Shown in pieces: positions 40,521 through 50,546 of a stretch of 64,000 nt of DNA (positions are counted from its first letter, which is position 1; each line of letters opens with the position of its first letter). Where the stretch lies: assembly GCF_020637165.1 (NCBI RefSeq), contig NZ_JACJWN010000007.1. One strand, given 5' to 3'. The notes under the pieces are model-generated. The model saw only the letters and a list, made by a program, of their open reading frames with translations, did no database searches and was not told the DNA's origin. A program made the position numbers and the translations under genes. The DNA is from Mycolicibacterium sp. Its GTDB lineage: Bacteria > Actinomycetota > Actinomycetes > Mycobacteriales > Mycobacteriaceae.

Positions 40521-41785
40521 TGACCTGTTCCCGCTTTCCCGGACGGCTGGTGTTGGGTGTTCACGCGGCCGTGTTGGTGGTCGTGTGAGGTCTTTCGTAG
40601 TCGATGGGGCTGCGGTAGTCCAGGGCGCTGTGGCGGCGCACTGGGTTGTAGAAGGCCTCGATGTACTCGAAGATCGCTGATGCCAGCTCGGCTCGGGTGG
40701 TCCAGATTCGGCGGTCGAGCAGTTCGATCTGCATCGAGCCGAAGAACGATTCGATCATCGCGTTATCAAACGCCGAAGCCACTTTGCCCATAGACCCGAG
40801 CAGGCCGGCTTCGCGCAGCCGGTGACCGAAGAGCCAGGAGGTGTATTGCGTGCCGCGGTCCGAATGAACTACTGTCCCAACGGGTTTGCGGCGCAGCCGG
40901 GCCATATCGAGGGCGTCGGCGACCAGGTCGGTACGCAGATGATCGGCGATCGACCAGCCCACCACTCGGCGGGAGAACACATCGAGGACGACCGCGGCGT
41001 ACACCCAGCCCTCACCGGTGCGGTGTTGGGTGATGTCGGTGACCCATAAGCGGTCCGGGCCCTCGGCGCGGAACTTGCGTTGGACCAGGTCCGGCCACGA
41101 GGCGGCCGCAGGCCTGGGCCGGCGCCACCGGCGTCGGTGCACCCCTTTCAGGCCGATGAGCTTCATGCAGCGCCAGACCCGCTTGCGGCTGACCCGGCGG
41201 CACTGGCCGTGGCGCAGCTCGGCATGGATACGGCGCACTCCGTAGGTCTGCCGGGATGCGGTGTGGATCGCGGCGATAGTGTTGGCCAACTCCGCATCAT
41301 CGCGGTCACGGGCGCTGGCCGGCCGGCTGCGCCATTCGTAGAAGCCCGAGGTCGACACCTTCAGGATCCGGCAGGCCACCGCGACGGGGAACCCGTCAGC
41401 GGCAAGCTCGTGGACCAGCCGGAACGCTATTTTGGGAGGATATTCTCCCGGGCGAAATAGGCGCTGGCCCGTTTGAGAATCTCCACTTCCATCTCCAGGA
41501 CCCGTTTCTCCCGGCGCAGCCGAACCAGCTCGGCACGCTCGTCTTTGGTCAGGCCCTCCTTGTGGCCTTCCTCGACGTCGGCCTGGCCCATCCAGCGGCG
41601 AAGGCAGGACTCGCTGATCCCGATGTCCTTGGCGATCTGGGCGATCGGCTTCTCCCGCAGCCGGGCCAACTCCACCGCACGGCGGCAGAACTCCTCGGGG
41701 TGAGCAGCGGGCATACTTCTCAGACTCCTTCCGTTGAGACGATCATCGCCTCAACCTCGGTGTCCGGGAAAGCGGGAACAGGTCA
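40521..41785 (-). mobile_element. IS3-family element G, full length (1265 bp)
   Basis: Perfect IR TGACCTGTTCCCGCTTTCCCGGAC; orfA 41427-41714; orfB ends 40561. Confidence 0.92.
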
Positions 41786-41898
41786 CATCGGGATACTGCA
41801 CCATTGCCCGGACGGCCGTTTTCGTGAGAACATGCTGAGCGAAGGCTGAGAGGTTACAGGCATGCGATGCAGGAGTCGGGCGTGAGAAGGCGAGCGCG

Positions 41899-43452
41899 AT
41901 GAGCCACAGAAAAAACGCGGCTGTCCGAATGCCAACCAAGATGAAAAGTCTTGAAACCGAAATGGCCGCCGCGGAAAACCCACAGGCGAATAGTACTAAC
42001 GCCACGACATCGGCTAGTTGGCAGGTCACTTACGGTAGGTGGCTAACACTAACTGACTCAGTGGCCGTGGTAATCGCAGTCACCTTCGCCCAGCTGGTCC
42101 GTTTCGGTTCTTCCTCACCCGCGGGCGCGCCCTTGGCAGTTCTACGCGGCGTCACCTACCTCGAGGTTTCGATCGCGATTGCAGTCTGCTGGCTAGGGGC
42201 ACTGGTAATCAGTCACTCGCGATCTCATCGGATCATCGGTGCGGGCGCCGAAGAGTATCGGCGCGTATGGCTTGCCACTATTTCGGTGTTCGGGGGTGTG
42301 GCCATCGTATCAATGCTCTTCAAGCTTGAAGTCGCGCGCGGATATTTGATGATTGCGCTTCCGACGGGATTGTTTCTGCTGTTCAGTTCACGACGGACCG
42401 CCCGGATGTTTGTCGTGAGGGCACGTAGGAACTTAGGGAAATGCACCACTCGGTTGCTCGTCGTCGGCAGCCCACAGGCGGTCCGCGATCTGACGGCCGC
42501 ACTGTGGCGCGAGCCGTGGTCTGGTTTCGTAGTGGTCGGAGCCTGTGTTCCGGGTCCGCGCCCGCGCAGTGATATCAGTGTCCCAGGTCTCGGGACCATC
42601 CCGGTCTTGGGAGATGAATCGAGTGTTCTAGGCGCCATCGATGCCAGCAACAGCCACGCAGTAGCCGTCACGGCAACTGAGCAGTTCCACGGGAGCGGGC
42701 TTAGGAACTTGTCCTGGGATCTTGAAGGACGTGGAATCGACCTACTCGTCGCGCCCGGTGTCATCGATGTCGCCGGTCCGCGACTGCATATGCGCCCAGT
42801 GGCGGGGCTTCCGCTGATTCACGTAGAGAAGCCTCAGTATCACGGTGCCAAACAGTTCCAGAAGCGGTCGTTCGATCTCGTGTTCTCCTGCGCAGCTCTC
42901 CTGTGTGGCCTCCCGATTCTGCTGGTCATCGCGCTCGCGATCAAGTTGAGCAGCAAGGGGCCGGTCTTCTATCGGCAAGAGCGGATTGGTTTGGACTGCA
43001 AACCGTTCGAACTGATTAAATTTCGAACTATGGTGGTTGGCGCGGACACCATGTTGGCAAACCGAGACGCTTTTGACGGAGTCGCGTCACCAAGGGATCC
43101 GTTCAAGTCCGTCAACGACCCCCGAATCACTCCGCTAGGTAGATTTCTTCGAAAATTTAGTCTCGATGAACTGCCCCAGTTCCTTAATGTTTTGAAGGGG
43201 GATATGAGCGTCGTGGGGCCACGTCCGCAAGTGAAGCGCGAAGTCGATTTGTACGACAGCCACACCATGCGACGACTTCTAGTGCGGCCTGGGATCACCG
43301 GTCTTTGGCAGGTTAGTGGCAGGTCGGACTTGTCTTGGGAAGATTCCGTTCGACTTGACCTGTTCTACGTCGAGAATTGGTCGATGATGGCCGACCTCCT
43401 AATTGCACTCAAGACGCTTAGAGTCGTGGTCAATCACTCCGGCGCATACTGA
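41899..43452 (+). CDS. Priming polyprenyl glycosylphosphotransferase (WcaJ/CpsE-like)
   Basis: KFRTM, SLDELPQF, RPGITGLWQVSGR, D..YVENWS; start uncertain. Confidence 0.9.
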   Translation: MSHRKNAAVRMPTKMKSLETEMAAAENPQANSTNATTSASWQVTYGRWLTLTDSVAVVIAVTFAQLVRFGSSSPAGAPLAVLRGVTYLEVSIAIAVCWLGALVISHSRSHRIIGAGAEEYRRVWLATISVFGGVAIVSMLFKLEVARGYLMIALPTGLFLLFSSRRTARMFVVRARRNLGKCTTRLLVVGSPQAVRDLTAALWREPWSGFVVVGACVPGPRPRSDISVPGLGTIPVLGDESSVLGAIDASNSHAVAVTATEQFHGSGLRNLSWDLEGRGIDLLVAPGVIDVAGPRLHMRPVAGLPLIHVEKPQYHGAKQFQKRSFDLVFSCAALLCGLPILLVIALAIKLSSKGPVFYRQERIGLDCKPFELIKFRTMVVGADTMLANRDAFDGVASPRDPFKSVNDPRITPLGRFLRKFSLDELPQFLNVLKGDMSVVGPRPQVKREVDLYDSHTMRRLLVRPGITGLWQVSGRSDLSWEDSVRLDLFYVENWSMMADLLIALKTLRVVVNHSGAY

Positions 43453-43574
43453 CCATTCGGGTTCCGGCCGCATCCGCAACCGTCAACGCCCGAACCCATA
43501 AACGACAGGGGCAACGGGTATTCGCGGCCCATCGCGCGGTTTATCGGCTGTATTTACCTCCGGAAGGTTTCGCT

Positions 43575-44753
43575 GTGAAGATCTTGCACGTACAAGAAAC
43601 ATTGTCCCGTGGATACGGCGGACCTTCTACAGTGCTACCACAATTAGCAAACGCACAAGCGGTGGCGGGCCACCAAGTAGTGGTGGCGACAACGAATGCG
43701 GATTATTCCGAAAGTCCCTACCACAAGCCAGGCTGGGATTCCATCGGAGGTGGGCCGGCTAAGGCGTTCTATGCACCCGTGCAGTTCAACTCCATGAAGA
43801 TATCGCTAGACCTCGCCGCCTACCTGCGAGGTGCGATTCCCGCCTTCGACATAGTCCACATACACGGTCTGTATCGTTTCCCGCCCACCCTCGCTGCCTA
43901 TCTGAGCAGGCGGTACGACGTCCCTTACATCGTGCGGCCGCACGGCGCACTCGATCCCTACCTGCACAACAAAAGCGCGGCTGGGAAAATCCGCTTGAAA
44001 CGGCTTTACGGGCGTTGGTTTGATTTGCCGAATCTGAATGCAGCTGCAGCAATCCACTATACCGCCGAGCGGGAGCAGGCCCGTGCGGCGTTCCTCAAAC
44101 TTCGGTCACCGTCATTCGTGATCCCCAACGGACTCAAGTCGGATTGGAACGAGTCGCGATTCAAACGAGGACGCTTACGTGATCGCTGGGGGGTCGGTGA
44201 CGCGCCAGTGGTCTTGTTCTTAGGCCGCATAACTGTTGGTAAAGGGCTCGATCTACTGATTCCCGCATTCGATGCTGTGCGACAGATGGAACCCAACGCT
44301 TGCCTCGTCATAGCAGGACCCGACGACGACGGGTATGGAGAGGAGGTGAGCCGGTGGGTTTCCGAGCTTGGGCTCGGTGGGAATGTGCGGATTGTTGGCC
44401 CACTAAACGGTATCGACGTGCCGCAAGCGTATCGAGATGCCGACGTGTTGGCTCAAACCTCGCACACTGAGAACTTTGGCATGACTATCGTCGAAGCGAT
44501 GGCATGCGGTTTACCCGTCGTTATCTCAGATCAAGTCGGTATTCATCCTGAGGTTTCGCGCAGCGGTGCTGGTCTAGTAACTTCCCGCAACGCGTCCGAG
44601 ATATCACAGGCGCTGCTGATGTTGCTAGGCGATAAGGGCCGCCGATTTGCAATGGGTCGGGCTGGACGCAAATTGGTGCAGCAGTGTTACTCGTGGCCTT
44701 CGATCGTGGCCGCGCTTGACAGCCAGTACGAAGACATAATCAGAAGGCGCTAA
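43575..44753 (+). CDS. Glycosyltransferase family 4
   Basis: GGP N-terminal motif, FLGRITVGKG, ENFGMTIVEAMACGLPV. Confidence 0.9.
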   Translation: MKILHVQETLSRGYGGPSTVLPQLANAQAVAGHQVVVATTNADYSESPYHKPGWDSIGGGPAKAFYAPVQFNSMKISLDLAAYLRGAIPAFDIVHIHGLYRFPPTLAAYLSRRYDVPYIVRPHGALDPYLHNKSAAGKIRLKRLYGRWFDLPNLNAAAAIHYTAEREQARAAFLKLRSPSFVIPNGLKSDWNESRFKRGRLRDRWGVGDAPVVLFLGRITVGKGLDLLIPAFDAVRQMEPNACLVIAGPDDDGYGEEVSRWVSELGLGGNVRIVGPLNGIDVPQAYRDADVLAQTSHTENFGMTIVEAMACGLPVVISDQVGIHPEVSRSGAGLVTSRNASEISQALLMLLGDKGRRFAMGRAGRKLVQQCYSWPSIVAALDSQYEDIIRRR

Positions 44754-44754
44754 C

Positions 44755-47410
44755 TGAATCGCACTGGTTCCTGTGGAGGCTCGGGCTATTGGATTTCGAC
44801 CAGGGTCTGGTCGCTCCGTTGGGGATCGTAGAACGCCGCCTCGAACTCTGCCGGGGGTAGGTTGATGAGGCTCGTTGAAAGTCCCCAGGTGTGCTCATCG
44901 AAATTCCTCACCTGCGGGGCTCTGTCAGCGTAGCGGTTGGCGGTTGCCGGTGGTGGTTCGGTGCAGGGTTTCCGCGGCGGCGTGGTGGTCGCGGAGGCGG
45001 TAGGACTCACCGTCGAGGTTGACCACGATGGAGCGGTGTAGCAGGCGGTCGAGCATGGCGGCGGCGACGGTGGTGTCGCCGAGGATTTCTCCCCAGGACC
45101 CCACGCCGCGGTTGGTGGTGATGACGATGCTGGTTTTCAAATATCGTTGGGAGACAACCTGAAACAGCGCTGAGGCGGCTTCTGCGGGCAGTGGCAGGTA
45201 GCCCAGTTCGTCGATCACGAGCAGGGTCGGCCCGGCGAAGAAGCGCATGGTGGTGGCCCAGCGGCCCTCGATCGCGGCGCGGTGGCAGCGGGCTGCCAGG
45301 TCGGCGGCGGTGGTGAAGTAGGTGCGGTAGCCGGCGTGGGCGGCGGCGCGGGCCAGTCCGACCGAGAGGTGGGTTTTGCCGGTTCCGGGTGGGCCGATGA
45401 GCAGGATGTTGGTGGCGGTCTCGAGGTAGCGGCAGCTGCCCAGGTCGTTGATCAGGGATCGGTCGATGCCCACGGCGGCGTCGACGTCGAAGTCGGCGAG
45501 GGTGGCCGGGGTGGGCAGGCAGGCGAAGCGCAGCCGCCCGGCGAGCCGGCGGGCGGTGGAGGCGTCGACCTCGACTGCCAGCAGTCGTTGCAGGGCGGCG
45601 GTCACCGACAGGCCCTCGGCGTTGGCCTGGTCCAGGACCGCGGGCAGCGCTTGGGCGGCGTCGTGGAGTTTGAGCTCGGCCAGGTGCGAGCGCAGCTGTT
45701 GATAGACGCTGGCCGCGGTGGCGGGCGAGTCGTCGATGGGTGCGGGGCTGGTCTTGGCCGTGCGGGGTGTGCTGGTCATTTCAGGGTCCTTTTCTGGGCT
45801 GCCCGCTCGTAGGCGGCCAGGTCGATGACGGTGGAATCGTTTGTGCTGGTTGAGGGTTGGATGTTGTCGGTCTCGCCGGCCTGGGCGGCGAGGATTTTGG
45901 TGGCTGCGGCCTTGGCTGCCGGGCCCGGTGGGATGCGTTCCTTGCGCCGATGCGGGTGCCCGCTGGTGGCGGTGGCCATGGCTGCGGCGTTGAGCGCCAG
46001 GACGTGGCCTTTGTCGCGCACCGCGACGCCCAGGCCGTCGGCGGCCAGCCGGTGGCGGGCGATCACGATGCCCGCGGCGGTGGCGATATCGACGACCTGC
46101 CCGCCGATCGGGTGGGAGACGACCACCGCCGCGCCGGCCAATTCCGGGGGCACCGAGTAGCGGTTGCCGCGGTAGGACACCAACGCCTGCCGGGAGGCGG
46201 TGCGGGCCTCGCGGATCACCACCGGGTATGGCGGCGGTACCGTGGCCAGCGGTTCGGCCGCGGCAACCACCGCGACCGAGGAGCGTCCGTCGGCGGTGGC
46301 CCGTAACCGGGTGTCCCCCCGCAGCGCGGCGAACCGGTCCAGGCTGGCCTGTGTTTCCTCGACGGTCAGCTCATCGGCCAGGGTGCGCCACCACCGCTGG
46401 GCGGCGGTGTGGTTGACCTTCTCCACCACGCCCTTGCGGTTGCCGCGCCGGGGCGGGCAGATCGCGACCGACACCCCGTAGTGCTTGGCCACCCCGGCGA
46501 ACGAGGCGCTGACCCTCCCGGAGGCCGGATCACACACCGTGGCCATCCGGTCGAACCGCCACCCCCGGCTCACCCCGCCCAGGGCGCGGGTGATGCGGTC
46601 CAGCCCGGCGATCAGGTGCGGCTGGTCCTGGGAGGCCGACAGCACCGCCCGCCACTTGCCCGAGTTCGCCAGCGAGCCGACCAACAGATCGGCCGATTTG
46701 CCCCACCCCCATGATGTGGGTGGATTCGGCAATTCCAGCCAGTCCCATTGGGTTTCATCACCAGGGGTGTGTTCGATCACCGCGTTGGGCCGGTCGGTCG
46801 CGGTCCGGCATGCGTGGCACACCGGGCGCAGGCCCCGCTCCCGGATGATGCGGGTCAGGCTCTGATACGACAGTCCGAACCCCAGGTCCTCCAACTCGTC
46901 AAACAGGGTGCGGGTCCTCGACCAACCGGGCGGTGACGTAGTCGGCGAACGGCTCAAACGGATCCGGTCCGGACCGCGCCCGGACCCCGGGCGTGCCGTC
47001 ACCGGCCAGGTATTTGCGGACCGTCTTACGGTCGAGCTTGGCGTGGTTGGCGATCGCCGTGATCGTCCAACCCCGCTTGCGTAGGGCATGTAGTTCCACA
47101 TCGTCCTCCGATGTGAGCATGAGAAAGCGGGCCTCCTTCAACGAAGCAACTGGCGTCAGACACCAGAAGCATCGAAGGAGGCCCGCCCTTCTCGGCGGAG
47201 CCACACGGGTGGGGATTTTCAGCGAGCGTCAGTGGGGATTTTCAGTGAGCGCCATCAAGGTCGCCGAGGTAGCCGTGCAGCCTGGTGTTGTTGTGCCAGT
47301 GACCCAGCCCAGGGTGGCCAACTCGAGGTCGTCGTGGGTCTTCCAGGGCCCGCCGCGGGCCGGCCCGTAGACCAACTCGGCCTCATACAGGCCGCTCACC
47401 GTCTCGGCCA
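44755..47410 (-). mobile_element. IS3-E 3' part, interrupted by IS21
   Basis: End TGAATCGCACTGG; orfB tail AETVSGLYEAEL..HGYLGDL|PPAEFEAAF. Confidence 0.8.
44863..47257 (-). mobile_element. IS21 copy 2 (2395 bp): frameshifted istA; istB 44925-45779
   Basis: Same ends as copy 1; 4-bp TSD AGGT. Confidence 0.9.
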
Positions 47411-47618
47411 TCGGAAGAAGCATTCGGCGGAGGACGTGGTGGGCAAGTTGCGCCGTGCCGATGAACTGGCCGCGGCGGGCAGGACCAACGAGGAAATCGC
47501 CGGCGAGCTGGAGGTCTCGGCGGCCACGCTGTACAGCTGGCGACGCGCCTACGGCGGCATGGACGTCAACGCGGCCAAGGAGCTCAAGGAGCTGCGTGAG
47601 CAGAACTCCCGCCTCAAG
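47411..47618 (+). mobile_element. IS3-C-like orfA fragment, diverged
   Basis: RKKHSAEDVVGKLRRADEL.. Confidence 0.7.
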
Positions 47619-48082
47619 CCTGAGTTTGGACATTTTGCTTAGTACCCCGGGTTCAAGCTGAGGTCGGCGAGGATCTTGCGCTCGGTTGGAGGGATGGCTG
47701 GCGGGAAGGTTTGGGTGGCGCCGTTGATGGTGATGGTTGCCGAGCGCAGCGGACGCAGTTGCTTGACGACCTTGGCGATGGACAGTCCGGTTCGCGACTG
47801 GATGGCTTGGGAGACGGCCAGGGCGGCGAACACGATGGTCAGGTGTGCCTCGATGGCGTCGCGCATGCGGTGCAACATGGGGCGGGCTGCGAGGTCGGAT
47901 TTGGACATCCGGAAGGACTTCTCGACGTGCCAGAGGTCGTGGTATTTCGCGATGGCCTCGGCGGCGGGCATCACCGAAGCCGGGACGTTGGTCACGTAGC
48001 CCTTGAGTCCGACGAGGGATTGAGCCCGTGACAGGCTGGCCTCGTCCAGGGTGCGGTCATCGCCCCGGGTCGTGACGAATCG
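47619..48082 (-). mobile_element. IS1634-family 3' remnant
   Basis: CCTGAGTT end; YHDLWHVEKSFRMSKSDL. Confidence 0.82.
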
Positions 48083-49395
48083 TCTGTTTCGTCCTCCGGA
48101 TTACTGCTGCTTCCAGGCGGAGATTTCGAGGTTGAGACTCGGAATGAGCGGATATAGCCGCGGAACCGCAGCACGATTCCCACGCAGCCAAGTCCCGCAA
48201 GGATGAAGATGAACGGCTCAATTTGCATGCGGTAACGAGCATGCACCGAAGTCGTCGCGTAGGCGAAGGTGAGGAGTGTAAGCGTAGTGGCGTAGATGAG
48301 TGTTGGTCCGCGCCCGATCCATCTACGCCAGCGCCAGGTTGCAACAAGTCCGATCAAAGCAAGCAGATTCGTGACCAGCCAGGGGATGAGGTAGTCTGGG
48401 CGCACTACGACACCTCGGTCGGTCCAGTCGAAAGTCCAGAGCAGCGCAATTTTATTTAGAACAAGCTTGGCTATTCGTCCATTTGAAGAATCCTGAATGT
48501 CTTTATGGAATGCCCTCAGGTAGGCGTCCTGAAGTCTGGTTTCATAGCCCGGCCCGTAGGGAATTGATTTGCGGATCCCGGATGATGCTGCCGCGGCGGA
48601 TCTATTGTTTGTCTCCGTGAGATTTCCGGACCCATTAGTATACGGGTTGTAGCCTTTCCACAAGTTATAACCCTGACTTTGTGCCACCGGAATTACGCGT
48701 CCGAAGGTTGCGTAATTCCGAACAATCCACGGCGATATAATCAAACCCAATGCCAAGCTGCCAGTAACGCCGACGATCAAGATGCGCTTCCAGTCGCGGC
48801 GCCATAGCCCGCCGAGTGCGACCAATGTGGGGCCAATGATTATCATTTCGGACCGATTCAGGGCTGCTACGCCACTAAGCAAGCCGCCGAGTGCACCGAA
48901 TAGCCAGGGATTAGAACCGTCCGCCAACTTTACGGCAACTGCGACGACAGCCAGCAACAGGAGTACTGCCCAATTGGTCTGATGATAGGTCGCGGAAACG
49001 AATACAAATGTTGGATAGATGGCGATTAGAAAGGCGGCGACAAAGGCCACCCAACGCGACGGAATCAGCTTCAGGGCTAAGTAAAAAGTCAGGGCAACGG
49101 ATCCAAGTGCGGCCGCCACGCTGCCCGAAAGCCAGGCGATCCGGGCAGTTATACCGTCACCAAACAAACCGAAAAGTGCTAGCCAGAAGTAGCTGAGAAG
49201 CGGAGGCATGTAGGCAGACGGGTATGGGGCACTGTCCGGTGCGTAGTAAAGGCAGAGGTCGCTCGCGTTCTGCTGAGCGCAACGCGCTTGCTCGCCGTAC
49301 TCCCAAAGGTTGGCACCAGACGACAAGTCTCCGAAAGCAACGATTGTGCCGACTCGAAGGGCCAGCGCAATCGCGAGCACCGTTGACAACAACAT
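47992..49395 (-). CDS. ArnT/PMT-like (GT-C) multi-pass membrane glycosyltransferase; last ~30 codons lie in IS1634 DNA
   Basis: YMPPLLSY, AIYPTF, LNRSE, SPWIVRNY..GYNLWKG, HARYR. Confidence 0.7.
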   Translation of the reverse strand: MLLSTVLAIALALRVGTIVAFGDLSSGANLWEYGEQARCAQQNASDLCLYYAPDSAPYPSAYMPPLLSYFWLALFGLFGDGITARIAWLSGSVAAALGSVALTFYLALKLIPSRWVAFVAAFLIAIYPTFVFVSATYHQTNWAVLLLLAVVAVAVKLADGSNPWLFGALGGLLSGVAALNRSEMIIIGPTLVALGGLWRRDWKRILIVGVTGSLALGLIISPWIVRNYATFGRVIPVAQSQGYNLWKGYNPYTNGSGNLTETNNRSAAAASSGIRKSIPYGPGYETRLQDAYLRAFHKDIQDSSNGRIAKLVLNKIALLWTFDWTDRGVVVRPDYLIPWLVTNLLALIGLVATWRWRRWIGRGPTLIYATTLTLLTFAYATTSVHARYRMQIEPFIFILAGLGCVGIVLRFRGYIRSFRVSTSKSPPGSSSNPEDETDDSSRPGAMTAPWTRPACHGLNPSSDSRAT

Positions 49396-49666
49396 CCGTG
49401 TGCTCGGTTGTCGATTCGTTGGGGAGGAATCGATTTGCTTACCCTCCTTCTCACATTCTCGGAATTTGCAGTGGAATATTGATCGCTCTATGACGCGCTC
49501 CTACCGGGTCGTGTGGGCCCAATGAACAATTTTGGGCAATGCAATTTCTCCTCGGGGAGTTGTTCTAGGCGATTGGACGATCGGCGTTATGGCCACGCGC
49601 TTGCCTGGTTTCAGGATTCGCGCTTCACCCCAACGAGTTTGTGCGCTGCTCGGCAGTCGAGTTCAG

Positions 49667-50473
49667 TCAGTGTCGGAGCGGTACGTGCAGTCCAAGGACG
49701 GGACTGAAATATTCGGAAAACTGCGGGCCAATCGCCTTGCCAGGGAGGTAGTAATTAGTAAGCGCGAAACGTTGCCCGCGTTTGAGTGGCATGCCGCGGT
49801 GTATCCCCGTGGTGTCAGCGAGAATAAGTGTTCCCATAGGTGCGGTAAGAATGCGATGCCGATCAGGCTCTGCTGCTATCACATTTCTGACGGCGCTATC
49901 GTCGAGGCGGGTGTGCAGCGGGATGCCGTACCTCCTGCTGTCCGAGAGTTTCTGTCGCAAAAGATGCGAGCGAATGATGTACTCGAACGGTCCGTTCTCT
50001 TCCGTTACATCCGTCAAGTAGACGATCGCCTTGAACTGGTTGAAGAAGCTGTCGCGGTGCCAGCCCTCTCCTGATCCGAGATTACCGTCCATGTAGGAGA
50101 TGGTCGCGGCAAGCGTGAGTGCGTTTGCGGCATCGGCCCCAAGAACGACCCTGGCAGTGTTCAGAAGGCGAGGCTCCTCAGCGAATGCGTTGATCCCTGC
50201 CGTCGCACGCTCAGCGCCAAAGATACGGCGGTCTGCGCCATTGGATGCGGCATGGACTGCATCGGGATAACGCTCTGCGGTGTCGAGAACCGCTCGGCGA
50301 AGTTCCTCGCAGATCGAAGGGCTATAGAAATTGGGGACAACGCAAATGCCATTGTCGCGAATTGTGTCGATCCAGGTTTTGACCTCGTCGAATTCCGGAT
50401 CTGCCCTAGCCGTTCTTTGGCGAAGAGCTGTGAAGCCCCTCTTCGCCACTCGTGCCGCGTCAATGACTAACAC
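49667..50473 (-). CDS. PhyH-family 2OG-Fe(II) dioxygenase
   Basis: GWHRD, YLTDV..GPF and IHRG facial-triad motifs. Confidence 0.8.
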   Translation of the reverse strand: MLVIDAARVAKRGFTALRQRTARADPEFDEVKTWIDTIRDNGICVVPNFYSPSICEELRRAVLDTAERYPDAVHAASNGADRRIFGAERATAGINAFAEEPRLLNTARVVLGADAANALTLAATISYMDGNLGSGEGWHRDSFFNQFKAIVYLTDVTEENGPFEYIIRSHLLRQKLSDSRRYGIPLHTRLDDSAVRNVIAAEPDRHRILTAPMGTLILADTTGIHRGMPLKRGQRFALTNYYLPGKAIGPQFSEYFSPVLGLHVPLRH

Positions 50474-50546
50474 TCATACTCCTAGCCGAGAGATCATCGC
50501 CGGCCTGACTGGCAGGCGTGAATATTGCGATGCCTAGTCCGTGGTA

